Part shown: in pieces, positions 27,146 through 37,144 of the stretch
How positions within the stretch are numbered: position 1 is the stretch's first letter
How the letters are laid out: every line of letters starts with the position of its first letter
Origin: Gammaproteobacteria bacterium
GTDB lineage: Bacteria > Pseudomonadota > Gammaproteobacteria > Eutrophobiales > Eutrophobiaceae
Assembly: GCA_024278135.1 (NCBI GenBank)
Contig: JAJRTU010000095.1
Coordinates: 1-61,130, forward strand
DNA: 61,130 bases
Direction: 5' to 3'
Notes under the pieces: model-generated
What the model was told of the DNA's origin: nothing
What the model saw: the letters and a program-made list of their open reading frames with translations, nothing else
The model's database searches: none
Translations under genes and position numbers: made by a program

Positions 27146-28567
27146 ATGGACGAAAGTATCCTGGTCGTTGAAGAAAACCCCAAAGTTCGTAAACACATAA
27201 GCGATATTATGGACTTCATGGGATTTGAATCCATCATCCCTGCCAAGGTGGAAGGTTGTGCCGAACGTTTCAATGACGGTAACAAAATTTCTCTGGTGTT
27301 GTTGAGTGGGTGTGGTTCCAGCCGGGAACTGCAGAGTATCTTTCGAGACATTCGCATCGCCGATGCACACGTGCCGATTATCCAGATCGTGGATTCACAG
27401 AATATGCCACGTTTCAGTCAGGAACTGGAAACGGGTTGCATCGCCAGGCTTGAGTTACCGCTACGCTACAACCGGTTCGAGCATGCCCTGCAACAGGTGA
27501 ACATTTATCGGCAACAACGTCATGAAGATGGCGACCCCCGTTCCGTGGAACTGTTCAGAAGCCTTGGTGGTTCAAGCGAAAGTGTCAAACGGGTTCGTCG
27601 CATGGTGGAAAAAGTTGCGAATACCGAAGCCAATGTTTTGATTGTCGGTGAATCAGGTTCCGGCAAGGAGGTGGTGGCCAGGAACGTTCATTACCATTCA
27701 TCACGTCGAAATAAACCCTTTGTGCCGATAAATTGTGGCGCGATCCCGCCGGATTTACTCGAGAGCGAACTGTTTGGCCATGAGAAGGGTGCCTTTACCG
27801 GTGCCATCAGTACCCGCAAGGGGCGTTTCGAAATGGCGGAAGGGGGCTCCCTGTTTCTTGATGAAATCGGTGATATGAGTCTGTCGATGCAGGTAAAGTT
27901 GCTGCGTGTTTTACAGGAAAGGACCTATGAGAGAGTCGGCAGCAATAAAAGCATTACCGCCAATGTGCGCATTGTTGCCGCCACCCATGTTAATCTCGAA
28001 GCAGCGATTGAAGCCGGGCGATTTCGTGAAGATCTTTACTATCGTCTGAATGTTTTTCCTATTGAGATGCCGGCTTTACGTGATCGTATTGATGATATCT
28101 CCCTGTTGATTAACGATCTTACGGAAAGATTACAGCATGAAGGAGGGGTCTCCATTTCCATGACCAGTCTGGCGGTCGATGCCCTGTCTCAATATGCCTG
28201 GCCGGGCAATGTCAGGGAGTTGGCCAATCTGATCGAACGTCTGTCCATTCTTTATCCCAATGGTACTGTTGACGTTCAGGATTTGCCGGAGAAATATCAA
28301 TCTGCTGAATTACTCAGCAAAAAAGTGGACAACGATGAAACGCACAAGATGCAGACCAGTCTGGGCGCACCTCGTTTGCCCAAGGACGGTCTTGATCTGA
28401 AAGATCATGTCAGCCAGGTGGAATATACCTTGATTAGACAGGCACTTGACGAATCCAACGGCATTGTATCTCATGCCGCCAAGCGTCTGAAGATGGGACG
28501 GACGACGCTGGTGGAAAAAATGCGCAAACTGGGCATGGAACGCAAGGACAGTGCGTCGGCTTTTTGA
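27146..28567 (+). CDS. fleQ: Sigma-54-dependent master flagellar regulator FleQ/FlrA
   Basis: Degenerate receiver domain with no phospho-Asp (LLSGC). AAA+ motifs GESGSGKE and GAFTGA. C-terminal HTH. The FleQ c-di-GMP contact motifs are retained from memory of P. aeruginosa FleQ (LFRS, VARN, E...R in ELANLIERL). Confidence 0.9.
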   Translation: MDESILVVEENPKVRKHISDIMDFMGFESIIPAKVEGCAERFNDGNKISLVLLSGCGSSRELQSIFRDIRIADAHVPIIQIVDSQNMPRFSQELETGCIARLELPLRYNRFEHALQQVNIYRQQRHEDGDPRSVELFRSLGGSSESVKRVRRMVEKVANTEANVLIVGESGSGKEVVARNVHYHSSRRNKPFVPINCGAIPPDLLESELFGHEKGAFTGAISTRKGRFEMAEGGSLFLDEIGDMSLSMQVKLLRVLQERTYERVGSNKSITANVRIVAATHVNLEAAIEAGRFREDLYYRLNVFPIEMPALRDRIDDISLLINDLTERLQHEGGVSISMTSLAVDALSQYAWPGNVRELANLIERLSILYPNGTVDVQDLPEKYQSAELLSKKVDNDETHKMQTSLGAPRLPKDGLDLKDHVSQVEYTLIRQALDESNGIVSHAAKRLKMGRTTLVEKMRKLGMERKDSASAF

Positions 28568-28578
28568 CAATTTGTTCC
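28566..28578. promoter_or_regulatory. Candidate enhancer box upstream of the fleS sigma-54 promoter
   Basis: GACAATTTGTTCC shares the 9-mer CAATTTGTT with the fliL-upstream palindrome. It lies about 80 nt upstream of the -24 element. Confidence 0.3.
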
Positions 28579-28653
28579 TGAATGTACGATATTTTGTTTC
28601 ACCATTTTTCTTGATAAATTTAAAACACCTATAAAAAAAGCGTAAAATCACAC

Positions 28654-28669
28654 TGGCATACTCCTTGCT
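28654..28669 (+). promoter_or_regulatory. Sigma-54 promoter of fleSR
   Basis: TGGCAT-ACTCC-TTGCT, near-perfect -24/-12. It lies 45 nt upstream of the fleS ATG. Confidence 0.7.
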
Positions 28670-28713
28670 CCCATGAAAGCAAAACAGCTCCATGGCGATG
28701 ACAGTGAGAAAGT

Positions 28714-29886
28714 ATGCTACAACCATTATCAAATAATAATCATCAGGCACAGACCAGAGAACTGGAAGCGGCCTTCTCCAATTTTAATCAGGCCTCGAGT
28801 TTTCTGGCCGAGGTCTATCGCGATCTGGAAACGCAGGTCTGCTCGCTGAACTCGGAACTGGCCAACGCCCGCCATGAACGTATTCGTCAATTTGAAGAAA
28901 AGGAACGTATTGCCAAACGTCTGCAAAACCTGCTGAAAGTCTTGCCGGCGGGCGTCATCGTGCTTGACAGAGACGGGTGCATCGTCGAATACAATCCAGC
29001 GGCAGCCGATTTGCTTGGCGAACCCCTGCTCGGGGAAGTCTGGCGTAATATTGTCGAACGTTCATTTTCCCCACGTTGGGATGATGGTCATGATATTACT
29101 CTTGCCGATAATCGATGCGTGAACATATCAACGCAATCTCTGGAAGAAGAAGCAGGGCAATTAATCCTGATCAAGGAGGTAACGGAAACCCGGCAACTGC
29201 AACATCAACTGGGTCGTCTGAAGCGTTTATCGGCAATGGGTGAAATGGCCTCCTCGCTGGCACACCAGATCCGCACCCCCTTATCCACTGCGCTGTTGTA
29301 CGCATCCAATATTCAGCACGTCGGCCTTGACAAGAACAGACGCGGCAGGTTTGTCGGCAAGTTAATCGCACGTCTGCAGCATCTGGAGTCGCTGGTGGAA
29401 GATATGCTGTTGTTCGCCCGGGGCGGGAGTTTCAACTCCAGAATTCACTCGATAGCGGATTTGTTAAGTGAGTTTCACAATTCAGTCGAAGCACAGCTGG
29501 AACAAACAGCAAGTTGTCTTGAAATTGACAACAGGGCTGAAGATATTTCCATAAAAGTCAATCGTCCCGCCTTTATCAGCATTTTGCAGAACCTCATGAA
29601 CAATGCCATACAGGCATGTCAACAGTCACCCCACATCAGGGTACTGGTTGAGCGGGACGTCGATGATCATGTGAAAATATACTTTTCCGATAACGGTCCG
29701 GGTATTCATGCAGACGTACAGGAAAAGGTCTTTGAACCCTTTTTCACCACCCGCTCGCAGGGCAGCGGTCTGGGTCTGGCGGTAGCCGATTCGGTTATTC
29801 GCTCCCATGGCGGTCAGATAGATTTTGAGACCAGTGCGGAACACGGTACGACTTTTCGTATCAAGCTGCCCCTGGCTGCTGAATAA
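28714..29886 (+). CDS. fleS: Flagellar two-component sensor kinase FleS/FlrB
   Basis: Cytoplasmic PAS region. H-box SLAHQIRTPLS. N and G boxes (NLMNNAIQA, DNGPGI, GSGLGL). Confidence 0.9.
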   Translation: MLQPLSNNNHQAQTRELEAAFSNFNQASSFLAEVYRDLETQVCSLNSELANARHERIRQFEEKERIAKRLQNLLKVLPAGVIVLDRDGCIVEYNPAAADLLGEPLLGEVWRNIVERSFSPRWDDGHDITLADNRCVNISTQSLEEEAGQLILIKEVTETRQLQHQLGRLKRLSAMGEMASSLAHQIRTPLSTALLYASNIQHVGLDKNRRGRFVGKLIARLQHLESLVEDMLLFARGGSFNSRIHSIADLLSEFHNSVEAQLEQTASCLEIDNRAEDISIKVNRPAFISILQNLMNNAIQACQQSPHIRVLVERDVDDHVKIYFSDNGPGIHADVQEKVFEPFFTTRSQGSGLGLAVADSVIRSHGGQIDFETSAEHGTTFRIKLPLAAE

Positions 29887-29937
29887 TCACTATCCCGGTT
29901 ATTGAAAAATCAAATTGTAATTGTGTTGGAGAGATAA

Positions 29938-31278
29938 ATGACAAGTACGATACTTATCGTTGAAGATGATATGTCTTTAAGTGAAGCGCTGAAAGATACT
30001 CTTGAGCTGATTGGGCACAGGACCTTCATTGCTGATGACGGTAGCACGGCCATGCAGGTACTGGAAAAGGAAAGTATCGATTTGGTGGTCAGTGATGTGC
30101 AAATGAAGCAGATCAACGGCATACAGTTACTGCAAAGGATCACTAATAAATATCCCGGCAAACCGGTCATATTGATGACAGCCTACGGCACGATTCAGCA
30201 GGCCGTGCTGGCGATTCAGGCCGGTGCGATGGACTATCTGGTCAAACCCTTTGAGCCGGAAGTGCTGGCGACGAAGGTGAGTCAGTTCCTGCCCCTGTCG
30301 AACCATGCCGAAAACGGCATGATTGCGGTGTCTGATATCAGTCAGAGCGTCGTCGCGTTGGCGAACAAGGTGGCGCAAAGTGACATTACGGTACTGGTGA
30401 CGGGTGAGAGCGGCACCGGCAAGGAAGTGCTGGTGCAGTATATTCATCGTCATTCCGACAGAAGTGAAAAACCCTTCGTTGCCATCAATTGCGCCGCCAT
30501 TCCCGACAATATGCTGGAAGCCATCCTGTTTGGTTATCAGAAAGGGGCATTTACCGGGGCCTACAAGTCCTGTCCCGGCAAGTTTGAGCAGGCCCAGGGC
30601 GGGACATTGCTGCTGGATGAGATTTCCGAGATGAGTCTGGGATTGCAGGCGAAACTTCTGCGGGTACTGCAGGAGCGTGAAGTGGAACGCCTCGGTGATC
30701 AAAAATTGATCCCGCTGGATGTTCGGGTCATGGCGACTTCCAACCGGAACATGCTGGAAGAAGTCAGAAACGGCCGCTTCCGTGAAGATCTTTACTATCG
30801 ACTGAATGTATTCCGTATTGAAATGCCGGCCCTGCGGGACAGAGTGGAGGATGTTATTCCTATTGCTGAATTTCTTCTGCAGCGGGTGGCGGGCAAGAAC
30901 AGTACCGTTTGTCCCTGCCTGTCTGACGACGCCATACTGAAACTGAAAACGCATGCATGGCCGGGTAATGTGAGAGAACTGGATAATGTTCTGCAGCGTG
31001 GGTTGATCCTGCACGGTAACGGCATGATCAAAGCCGATGATCTGAACTTTGAAGATTTACACGGTGAAGATGCGTGGCAAGCGACAAGTGACAATGTAGT
31101 GTTGCCGGAAACGCTCGGCAGCGATCTGCGGGTACAGGAACGCCAAACTATATTAAAAGCGCTGGTGCAGTCACAAGGCAGTAGAAAAACGGCCGCAGAG
31201 ACACTGGGCATCAGTCCACGAACCCTGCGTTACAAGCTGGCACGCATGCGTGACGAAGGCGTGGCGATACCGGGTTGA
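29938..31278 (+). CDS. fleR: Sigma-54-dependent response regulator FleR/FlrC
   Basis: Receiver domain with DLVVSDVQM. AAA+ motifs GESGTGKE and GAFTGA. C-terminal Fis-type HTH. Confidence 0.9.
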   Translation: MTSTILIVEDDMSLSEALKDTLELIGHRTFIADDGSTAMQVLEKESIDLVVSDVQMKQINGIQLLQRITNKYPGKPVILMTAYGTIQQAVLAIQAGAMDYLVKPFEPEVLATKVSQFLPLSNHAENGMIAVSDISQSVVALANKVAQSDITVLVTGESGTGKEVLVQYIHRHSDRSEKPFVAINCAAIPDNMLEAILFGYQKGAFTGAYKSCPGKFEQAQGGTLLLDEISEMSLGLQAKLLRVLQEREVERLGDQKLIPLDVRVMATSNRNMLEEVRNGRFREDLYYRLNVFRIEMPALRDRVEDVIPIAEFLLQRVAGKNSTVCPCLSDDAILKLKTHAWPGNVRELDNVLQRGLILHGNGMIKADDLNFEDLHGEDAWQATSDNVVLPETLGSDLRVQERQTILKALVQSQGSRKTAAETLGISPRTLRYKLARMRDEGVAIPG

Positions 31279-31322
31279 GCTCATACACGACACTCATGCC
31301 GTAAATAAACATAAACAGGTTT

Positions 31323-31338
31323 CGGTCATTATTTTGCA
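31323..31338 (+). promoter_or_regulatory. Candidate sigma-54 promoter of fliE
   Basis: CGGTCA-TTATT-TTGCA (GG-N10-GC spacing correct), 53 nt upstream of the fliE ATG. Confidence 0.45.
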
Positions 31339-31390
31339 ACTGTTTGTGACCGGAGTTTAAAAAAATCAGGATGGATAATCGGAGCATGCT

Positions 31391-31711
31391 ATGAATGAAA
31401 TAAGTGTTGATCAATTACTGGTGCAGATGCGGTCCATGGCCGAGAAGGCGCAGGGATTGCAGGTCAATACCCCTCCGGCGGAAGGGGCGGCGGACTTTTC
31501 CACTTTGCTTAAATCATCTGTAGATAAAGTCAGTGAGGTACAACAGCAGGCCGGACAATTGACAAAGGCATTCGAGTCAGGCGACAAGGATGTCAATTTG
31601 GCTGATGTCATGATTGGCCTGCAGAAAGCCAGTCTTTCTTTTCAGGCTATGACCCAGGTTCGTAATCGTCTTGTGAGTGCTTACCAGGACGTGATGAATA
31701 TGCAACTCTAA
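31391..31711 (+). CDS. fliE: Flagellar basal-body protein FliE
   Basis: 106 aa. Motif DVMIGLQKASLSFQAMTQVRNRLVSAYQDVMNMQ. Confidence 0.9.
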   Translation: MNEISVDQLLVQMRSMAEKAQGLQVNTPPAEGAADFSTLLKSSVDKVSEVQQQAGQLTKAFESGDKDVNLADVMIGLQKASLSFQAMTQVRNRLVSAYQDVMNMQL

Positions 31712-31743
31712 TTTCACTTGTTGTTACCGGTAAACAGTAGACT

Positions 31744-33411
31744 ATGGCAGAAACAATCGTTATTCCTGCGGATATAAAACGCACCATCATCCTCAGACAG
31801 TTGGGTTTTTTGGTCGTATTGGCCGCCAGTGTCGCGCTGGGAGTGTATGTGGTCCTGTGGTCACAGACGCCGAATTACAGCTTGCTGTATGGCAGCCTTT
31901 CCGATCAGGATATCAGCCAGGTACTCGATAGTTTGCAAAAATCCGGGATTGAATATCGGGTGGACGAAGGTTCCGGTGCGGTCATGGTACCCAGTACCAG
32001 AGTTCACGATGCGCGTATGAAACTGGCGGCGGCAGGCTTGCCGAAAAATGCCAATATCGGTTTTGCCATGCTCCAGGAAGAACAGGGTATCGGTACCAGC
32101 CAGTTTATAGAGCAGGCCCGCTACCAACATGCGCTGGAAGCCGAGTTGGCAAAAACGATAGAAAAGCTGGGCAGCGTTCGCAGCGCCCGCATCCACCTTG
32201 CCATCCCGAAACAATCCAGTTTTGTCCGCAACAGGAAAAGGGCAAACGCGTCAGTCATGCTGGATCTTTATGGTGGACATGAACTGGATCCTGGTCAGGT
32301 GGCGGCCATTGCCAGCCTGGTCGCAGCCGGCGTACCCAATCTCGAAGCTGAGCATGTCAGTATTGTCGATCAACGAGGGCGATTGATGACACCGGATGGC
32401 AATTCCAGTGAACTGGGCCTGAGCAGCAGCCAGTTCAAGTACGCACGACGGGTGGAAGAGTCTTATATCAAACGTATAGAAGATATCCTCGCGCCGATAG
32501 TGGGGCAGGAAGGCGTGAAGGCGGAGGTGACAGCTGAATTTGATTTTACCCGTACCGAACAAACACGGGAGATGTACAACCCTGACCAGTTGGCATTGAG
32601 AAGTGAACAGGTGGAAGAAGAAGCGCGTAATGGCAGTGGCGCACTGGGCGGTGTCCCCGGTGCCCTGTCCAATCAGCCGCCGGCCGATGCGAGTATCGGT
32701 GACAATCTGACCGGATCGGGTGATGCCGCCGGTACACAGACCGGCAGGAACTCAAACGTACAACGACGCGCGACACGAAATTACGAGCTGGATAAAACCA
32801 TCAGTCATACCCGCATGCAGATGGGGGCCATGCGCAGAATGTCCATTGCGGTATTACTCGACTACAAACGCCGTCTGAATGAGAAGGGTGAAGTTATTCA
32901 TACGGAACACAGCCCGGAAGAAATACTGCAGATCACGGCGCTGGTGAAAGAAGCAACGGGTTATAACGCCTTGCGAGGTGACAGCGTGAATGTGATGAAC
33001 GCGGAATTTGCCAGACCAGATCCGCTGGAGCCTTTGCCGGAACAGCCTGTCTGGCAACAATCCTGGGTGCTGGATATTGCCAGGCAGGCTTTGGGTGGTT
33101 TATTCGTTCTGTTTCTTGTGTTTGGCGTCCTGAAACCCGCACTGAAGAATCTGGTTAACAAGGAGATCAGCCTCAATCGGGCGGTGCTGGCCGGTGCCCC
33201 GGCTGCTGCGGCATTACCGGCCGGTGGTATGGCAGCGGCGGGCGGAGCCGCCGGCGGCGGTCCGGCGCAGCTTAATCACGCCGGCGATGTGCCGCAGTTA
33301 AACAGCCCGGCAAATTATCAGGGCAGTCTGCAAACCGTACAGAGCATGGTCAAGGATGATCCGAAGTTAAGTGCCCAGGTGGTCAAGAGCTGGGTGGGTG
33401 AAGAAACATGA
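31744..33411 (+). CDS. fliF: MS-ring protein FliF
   Basis: 555 aa with two TM segments. Motifs LYGSLSDQD and ARIHLAIPKQSSF. Confidence 0.95.
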   Translation: MAETIVIPADIKRTIILRQLGFLVVLAASVALGVYVVLWSQTPNYSLLYGSLSDQDISQVLDSLQKSGIEYRVDEGSGAVMVPSTRVHDARMKLAAAGLPKNANIGFAMLQEEQGIGTSQFIEQARYQHALEAELAKTIEKLGSVRSARIHLAIPKQSSFVRNRKRANASVMLDLYGGHELDPGQVAAIASLVAAGVPNLEAEHVSIVDQRGRLMTPDGNSSELGLSSSQFKYARRVEESYIKRIEDILAPIVGQEGVKAEVTAEFDFTRTEQTREMYNPDQLALRSEQVEEEARNGSGALGGVPGALSNQPPADASIGDNLTGSGDAAGTQTGRNSNVQRRATRNYELDKTISHTRMQMGAMRRMSIAVLLDYKRRLNEKGEVIHTEHSPEEILQITALVKEATGYNALRGDSVNVMNAEFARPDPLEPLPEQPVWQQSWVLDIARQALGGLFVLFLVFGVLKPALKNLVNKEISLNRAVLAGAPAAAALPAGGMAAAGGAAGGGPAQLNHAGDVPQLNSPANYQGSLQTVQSMVKDDPKLSAQVVKSWVGEET

Positions 33412-34424
33412 GTGGCGTGCAAAAACAGGGTCTCGACTACGATCAACGGGCAGCCGTATTGTTGATGACTATCGGTGAAGAATCGGCTGCTGAAGTGCTG
33501 AAACATATGGGACCGAAAGAAGTACAACGCATCGGTGTGGCCATGACCAGTATCGGTGATATCAGTAAGGATGTGGTGAAAGGTGTACTCGAGGAATTCC
33601 TGGAGACGGTCAACTCGCAGACATCGGTGGGCATGGGGGCCGAGGAATATGTCAGGAATGTGTTGACGAATGCGCTGGGCCATGAAAAAGCCACCGGTAT
33701 TATTGACAGAATATTGCTGGGAGGCAATTCAAAGGGACTGGAGTCATTGAAGTGGATGGATGCGCGCGCCATTGCCGAACTGATTCAGAATGAACATCCC
33801 CAGATCATCACCATCATTCTTTCCTATCTCGACAGTGATCATGCGGCGCTGGTGTTGTCGGAATTTCCGGAGAAAGTACAGGCCGATATCATGTTGCGTA
33901 TTGCCACGCTTGAAGGCGTACAGCCCGCAGCCATGAAGGAACTGAATGACACGCTGGAAAAACAGCTGAAAGGCGGCGCCAATATTCAATCTTCTGCCAT
34001 CGGCGGGGTCAAGACCGCCGCCGATATTCTCAACTTTGTTGACGGTGCAATGGAAGCGGTCATTATGGAAAAGGTCAAGGAGACGGATGAAGAATTGGGT
34101 CAGGAAATCCAGGATTTGATGTTTGTATTTGATAACCTGGTGGATGTCGATGATCGGGGTATTCAGACCATCCTCAGGGAAGTGGCCACGGATACGCTGC
34201 TGCTGGCCCTGAAAGCAACAGACGATGAATTGAAGGAAAAAATATTCGGTAATATGTCGAAGCGGGCCGCTGAAATGTTACGTGATGATCTCGAAGCGAA
34301 GGGACCGGTACGTCTGAGTGAAGTGGAAACGGCGCAAAAAGAAATCCTGACGATTACCAGACGCCTGGCAGATGAGGGGCAGATTATGTTGGGCGGCGGC
34401 GGCTCGGCGGAAGAGATGGTTTAG
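33408..34424 (+). CDS. fliG: Rotor/switch protein FliG
   Basis: Motifs AAVLLMTIGEE, MKELN and SKRAAEMLRDDLE. It overlaps the fliF stop (ATGA). Confidence 0.95.
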   Translation: MSGVQKQGLDYDQRAAVLLMTIGEESAAEVLKHMGPKEVQRIGVAMTSIGDISKDVVKGVLEEFLETVNSQTSVGMGAEEYVRNVLTNALGHEKATGIIDRILLGGNSKGLESLKWMDARAIAELIQNEHPQIITIILSYLDSDHAALVLSEFPEKVQADIMLRIATLEGVQPAAMKELNDTLEKQLKGGANIQSSAIGGVKTAADILNFVDGAMEAVIMEKVKETDEELGQEIQDLMFVFDNLVDVDDRGIQTILREVATDTLLLALKATDDELKEKIFGNMSKRAAEMLRDDLEAKGPVRLSEVETAQKEILTITRRLADEGQIMLGGGGSAEEMV

Positions 34425-34536
34425 CATCAGCCCTTCAGGAAAATAACAGTCTGTCGACGATGACAAATCCACATCGAAGTAAAACAATATTCCAGGCCGG
34501 GATCGGGTATTCCGGTACCGGGCGGATCTGAAAATC

Positions 34537-35205
34537 ATGACATTACCGGTTCGAAATACAGCGAAAGAAGATTTATCCGCAGTCCATGCCTGGGAAGCAC
34601 CTGTCGTTGAAGGTCCCATCACGGGCAAGAATGATTATCCCGGGAAACCACCTACGGCACGGCAAATACAGCTGCTGCAAAAAGACGCCTACAACGAGGC
34701 TTTTGCCAGCGGTCGAAAAGAAGGTCTGGAAAAGGGATATCAGGATGGAAAGCAGCAGGCACTGGCCAGGCTGGATGCGCAAATCAAGATGTTTCAGAAT
34801 TTGATGGTGCAGATGGCGGCGCCGCTGCAGAAACTGGATGACGAAGTCGAGCATAATATAGTGGCTTTGACCATTCAGATCGCCCGGCATCTGGTTCGAC
34901 GTGAAATGAAAGTGGAACCGGGAGAAATTGTTGCCGTCGTGCGTGAGGCTCTGAGTGTCCTGCCCGTTTCCGCGCTGCGGCCACGACTCTATTTACATCC
35001 GGAAGATGCAGAAGTGGTCAAGACGGCGCTGTCCATCACAGAGGATGAAAACAGCTGGTGCATCATGGAAGATCTGTCCATGACACGTGGTGACTGCCGG
35101 GTGGAAACAGAATCTTCACTAATTGATGCCAGCGTTGATGCGAGATTGTCCGCTATCTCGGCAAAATTACTCGGTGGTGAACGGGATTCCGATCACGATG
35201 CTTAA
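34537..35205 (+). CDS. fliH: Flagellar export apparatus protein FliH
   Basis: 222 aa. Position and FliH-like coiled-coil plus C-terminal domain. No earlier in-frame canonical start (stop at 34480). Confidence 0.8.
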   Translation: MTLPVRNTAKEDLSAVHAWEAPVVEGPITGKNDYPGKPPTARQIQLLQKDAYNEAFASGRKEGLEKGYQDGKQQALARLDAQIKMFQNLMVQMAAPLQKLDDEVEHNIVALTIQIARHLVRREMKVEPGEIVAVVREALSVLPVSALRPRLYLHPEDAEVVKTALSITEDENSWCIMEDLSMTRGDCRVETESSLIDASVDARLSAISAKLLGGERDSDHDA

Positions 35206-36571
35206 CCTGAGCCGATCCCAGGAATTATCCAGACGTTTGCAGGCGATGATGGAAAGAAATATTTCAGCTCCACCGCTGGTCGTGCATGGCAGGCTCAGGC
35301 GTATGATCGGCCTGACGCTGGAAGCCGACGGTTGTCGAGCGGCGGTGGGGGATCGTTGTCGCATAAGCAATGTGGGCAGTCAGTCTGTTGAAGCCGAAGT
35401 GGTCGGGTTTTCCGGTGACAGTCTGTTTCTGATGCCGACGGATGAACCTCACGGTCTTGCCCCCAATGCGCGGGTGACGCCGCTGGGGAAAAGTGGTGAT
35501 GTGGCCGTAGGGCCGGGGTTGCTCGGTAGAGTATTGAATGGGGCCGGCCGTCCACTGGACAGTAAAGGCGCATTGAAGACAGTGTCCCGGGTCCCCTTGA
35601 AAGGCAAAATTGTCAATCCATTACAGCGTGCGCCCATCAGGGAACCACTCGACGTGGGTATTCGTTCCATCAATGCGTTTATGACGGTAGGCCGCGGTCA
35701 ACGACTGGGTCTGTTCGCTCCCAGTGGCGTGGGCAAAAGTGTATTGCTTGGCATGATGACCCGATACACGGATGCCGATATCATTGTAGTGGGTTTGATT
35801 GGTGAACGAGGACGTGAAGTCAAGGAATTTATCGAACAGAGTCTGGGTGACGATGGTCTGCGCCGATCGGTTGTCGTCGCCACACCAGCGGATGATCCCC
35901 CCTTGATGCGTCTGCAGGGAGCCATGCTGGCGACCAGTATCGCCGAGTATTTTCGCGACTGCGGGCATAATGTGTTGTTACTGATGGATTCACTGACCCG
36001 CTTTGCCCAGGCACAACGGGAGATCGGCCTGACCATCGGTGAGCCACCGGCCACCAAGGGCTATCCGCCATCGGTATTTGCCCGTTTGCCACAAATAGTG
36101 GAACGGGCAGGTAACGGCCCTGAAGGTGGCGGTTCCATCACCGCTTTTTATACGGTACTGACCGAAGCGGATACACAGAACGATCCTATCGCCGACGCTG
36201 CCCGCGCCATATTGGATGGACACGTGGTGCTATCGCGGCATCTCGCCGACGGGGGTATGTATCCGGCGGTGGATATTGAGCGCTCCATCAGTCGGGCGAT
36301 GAATCAAATCACGACGACGCAACAGCAGTCCATTGCCAACGGTTTGAAAAAATTATTCTCACTGTATGAACAGAATCGTGATCTGATTAATGTCGGGGCA
36401 TATCAGAGCGGTACCGACCGGCAACTCGATATGGCGATAAAAATGCACCCCTATATGTTGCAGTTTCTCAGCCAGGGAATGCACGAAAAAGTAAGCTTCC
36501 AGTCCAGTACTGAACAATTGGCGGTAATGTACAGCGGTATGGAAGATTTGACAGGTGAACAACAGGAATAG
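35198..36571 (+). CDS. fliI: Flagellum-specific ATPase FliI
   Basis: Walker A GLFAPSGVGKS. Walker B VLLLMDSLTR. ATG 35198 overlaps the fliH stop and is preferred over the track start 35123. Confidence 0.95.
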   Translation: MLNLSRSQELSRRLQAMMERNISAPPLVVHGRLRRMIGLTLEADGCRAAVGDRCRISNVGSQSVEAEVVGFSGDSLFLMPTDEPHGLAPNARVTPLGKSGDVAVGPGLLGRVLNGAGRPLDSKGALKTVSRVPLKGKIVNPLQRAPIREPLDVGIRSINAFMTVGRGQRLGLFAPSGVGKSVLLGMMTRYTDADIIVVGLIGERGREVKEFIEQSLGDDGLRRSVVVATPADDPPLMRLQGAMLATSIAEYFRDCGHNVLLLMDSLTRFAQAQREIGLTIGEPPATKGYPPSVFARLPQIVERAGNGPEGGGSITAFYTVLTEADTQNDPIADAARAILDGHVVLSRHLADGGMYPAVDIERSISRAMNQITTTQQQSIANGLKKLFSLYEQNRDLINVGAYQSGTDRQLDMAIKMHPYMLQFLSQGMHEKVSFQSSTEQLAVMYSGMEDLTGEQQE

Positions 36572-36579
36572 AGCTGGAT

Positions 36580-37014
36580 ATGACCCGATCAGAAAAATTT
36601 TTATCTGTATTAAGAATCGCCACGAAAAAAAAGCGTGATGCGGCCCGTGTTGCCATTGAAACGGAACACAAATTGAATGAGTACGAAAAGAAGTTGAGTG
36701 AACTGCGTGGTTTCCGCAGCGAATACACGCTGGGCAGCCATGCAGGCAATCAATCGATGACGGCGAAACAGTTGCAGGAACGCCAGCGCTTTATTCGACA
36801 ACTGGATGAGGGGATCAATATTCTGAGCAATAAGGTCGAAGGACAAAGACAGAACAGTCATCTGGATAAACAGGCATGGCTGGATGCCCACAAACATTCC
36901 GATGCAATGGACAAACTTATGGGCAAGATAAGAAAAATGGAGATCTGTCTCGACGAATCACGGGAGGCCAATGAACTGGATGATCGTGCGCAGTATCATA
37001 GAATGAATACCTGA
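36580..37014 (+). CDS. fliJ: Flagellar export chaperone/stalk protein FliJ
   Basis: 144-aa coiled-coil protein following fliI. Confidence 0.8.
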   Translation: MTRSEKFLSVLRIATKKKRDAARVAIETEHKLNEYEKKLSELRGFRSEYTLGSHAGNQSMTAKQLQERQRFIRQLDEGINILSNKVEGQRQNSHLDKQAWLDAHKHSDAMDKLMGKIRKMEICLDESREANELDDRAQYHRMNT

Positions 37015-37092
37015 GTTGCGTCCCGTTGCCGACAAGAAACGGCAACCCGCGCCGCCTGCGCTGAAGGAAGATTCAAAAAAATGAATGAAAAG

Positions 37093-37108
37093 TGGCATAG
37101 CCATTGCA
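37093..37108 (+). promoter_or_regulatory. Sigma-54 promoter of fliK
   Basis: TGGCAT-AGCCA-TTGCA, 37 nt upstream of the fliK ATG. It is nearly identical to the fliL promoter. Confidence 0.65.
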
Positions 37109-37144
37109 TTTTCCTCTTTGAAAAAATATTGAGGATGAACACAG

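Noticed and set aside
30127-31014. Long antisense ORFs inside well-supported genes. Examples: 295 aa opposite fleR, 279 aa (47277-48116) opposite flhG, 252 aa (59020-59778) opposite cheW2, 208 aa (57779-58405) opposite cheA2, and 228 aa (17251-17937) opposite fliC.
   Set aside because: Each lies fully within a gene whose product has unmistakable family motifs. Their translations are low-complexity or rich in Arg, His and Gln with no recognisable motifs. They are typical stop-free antisense frames.
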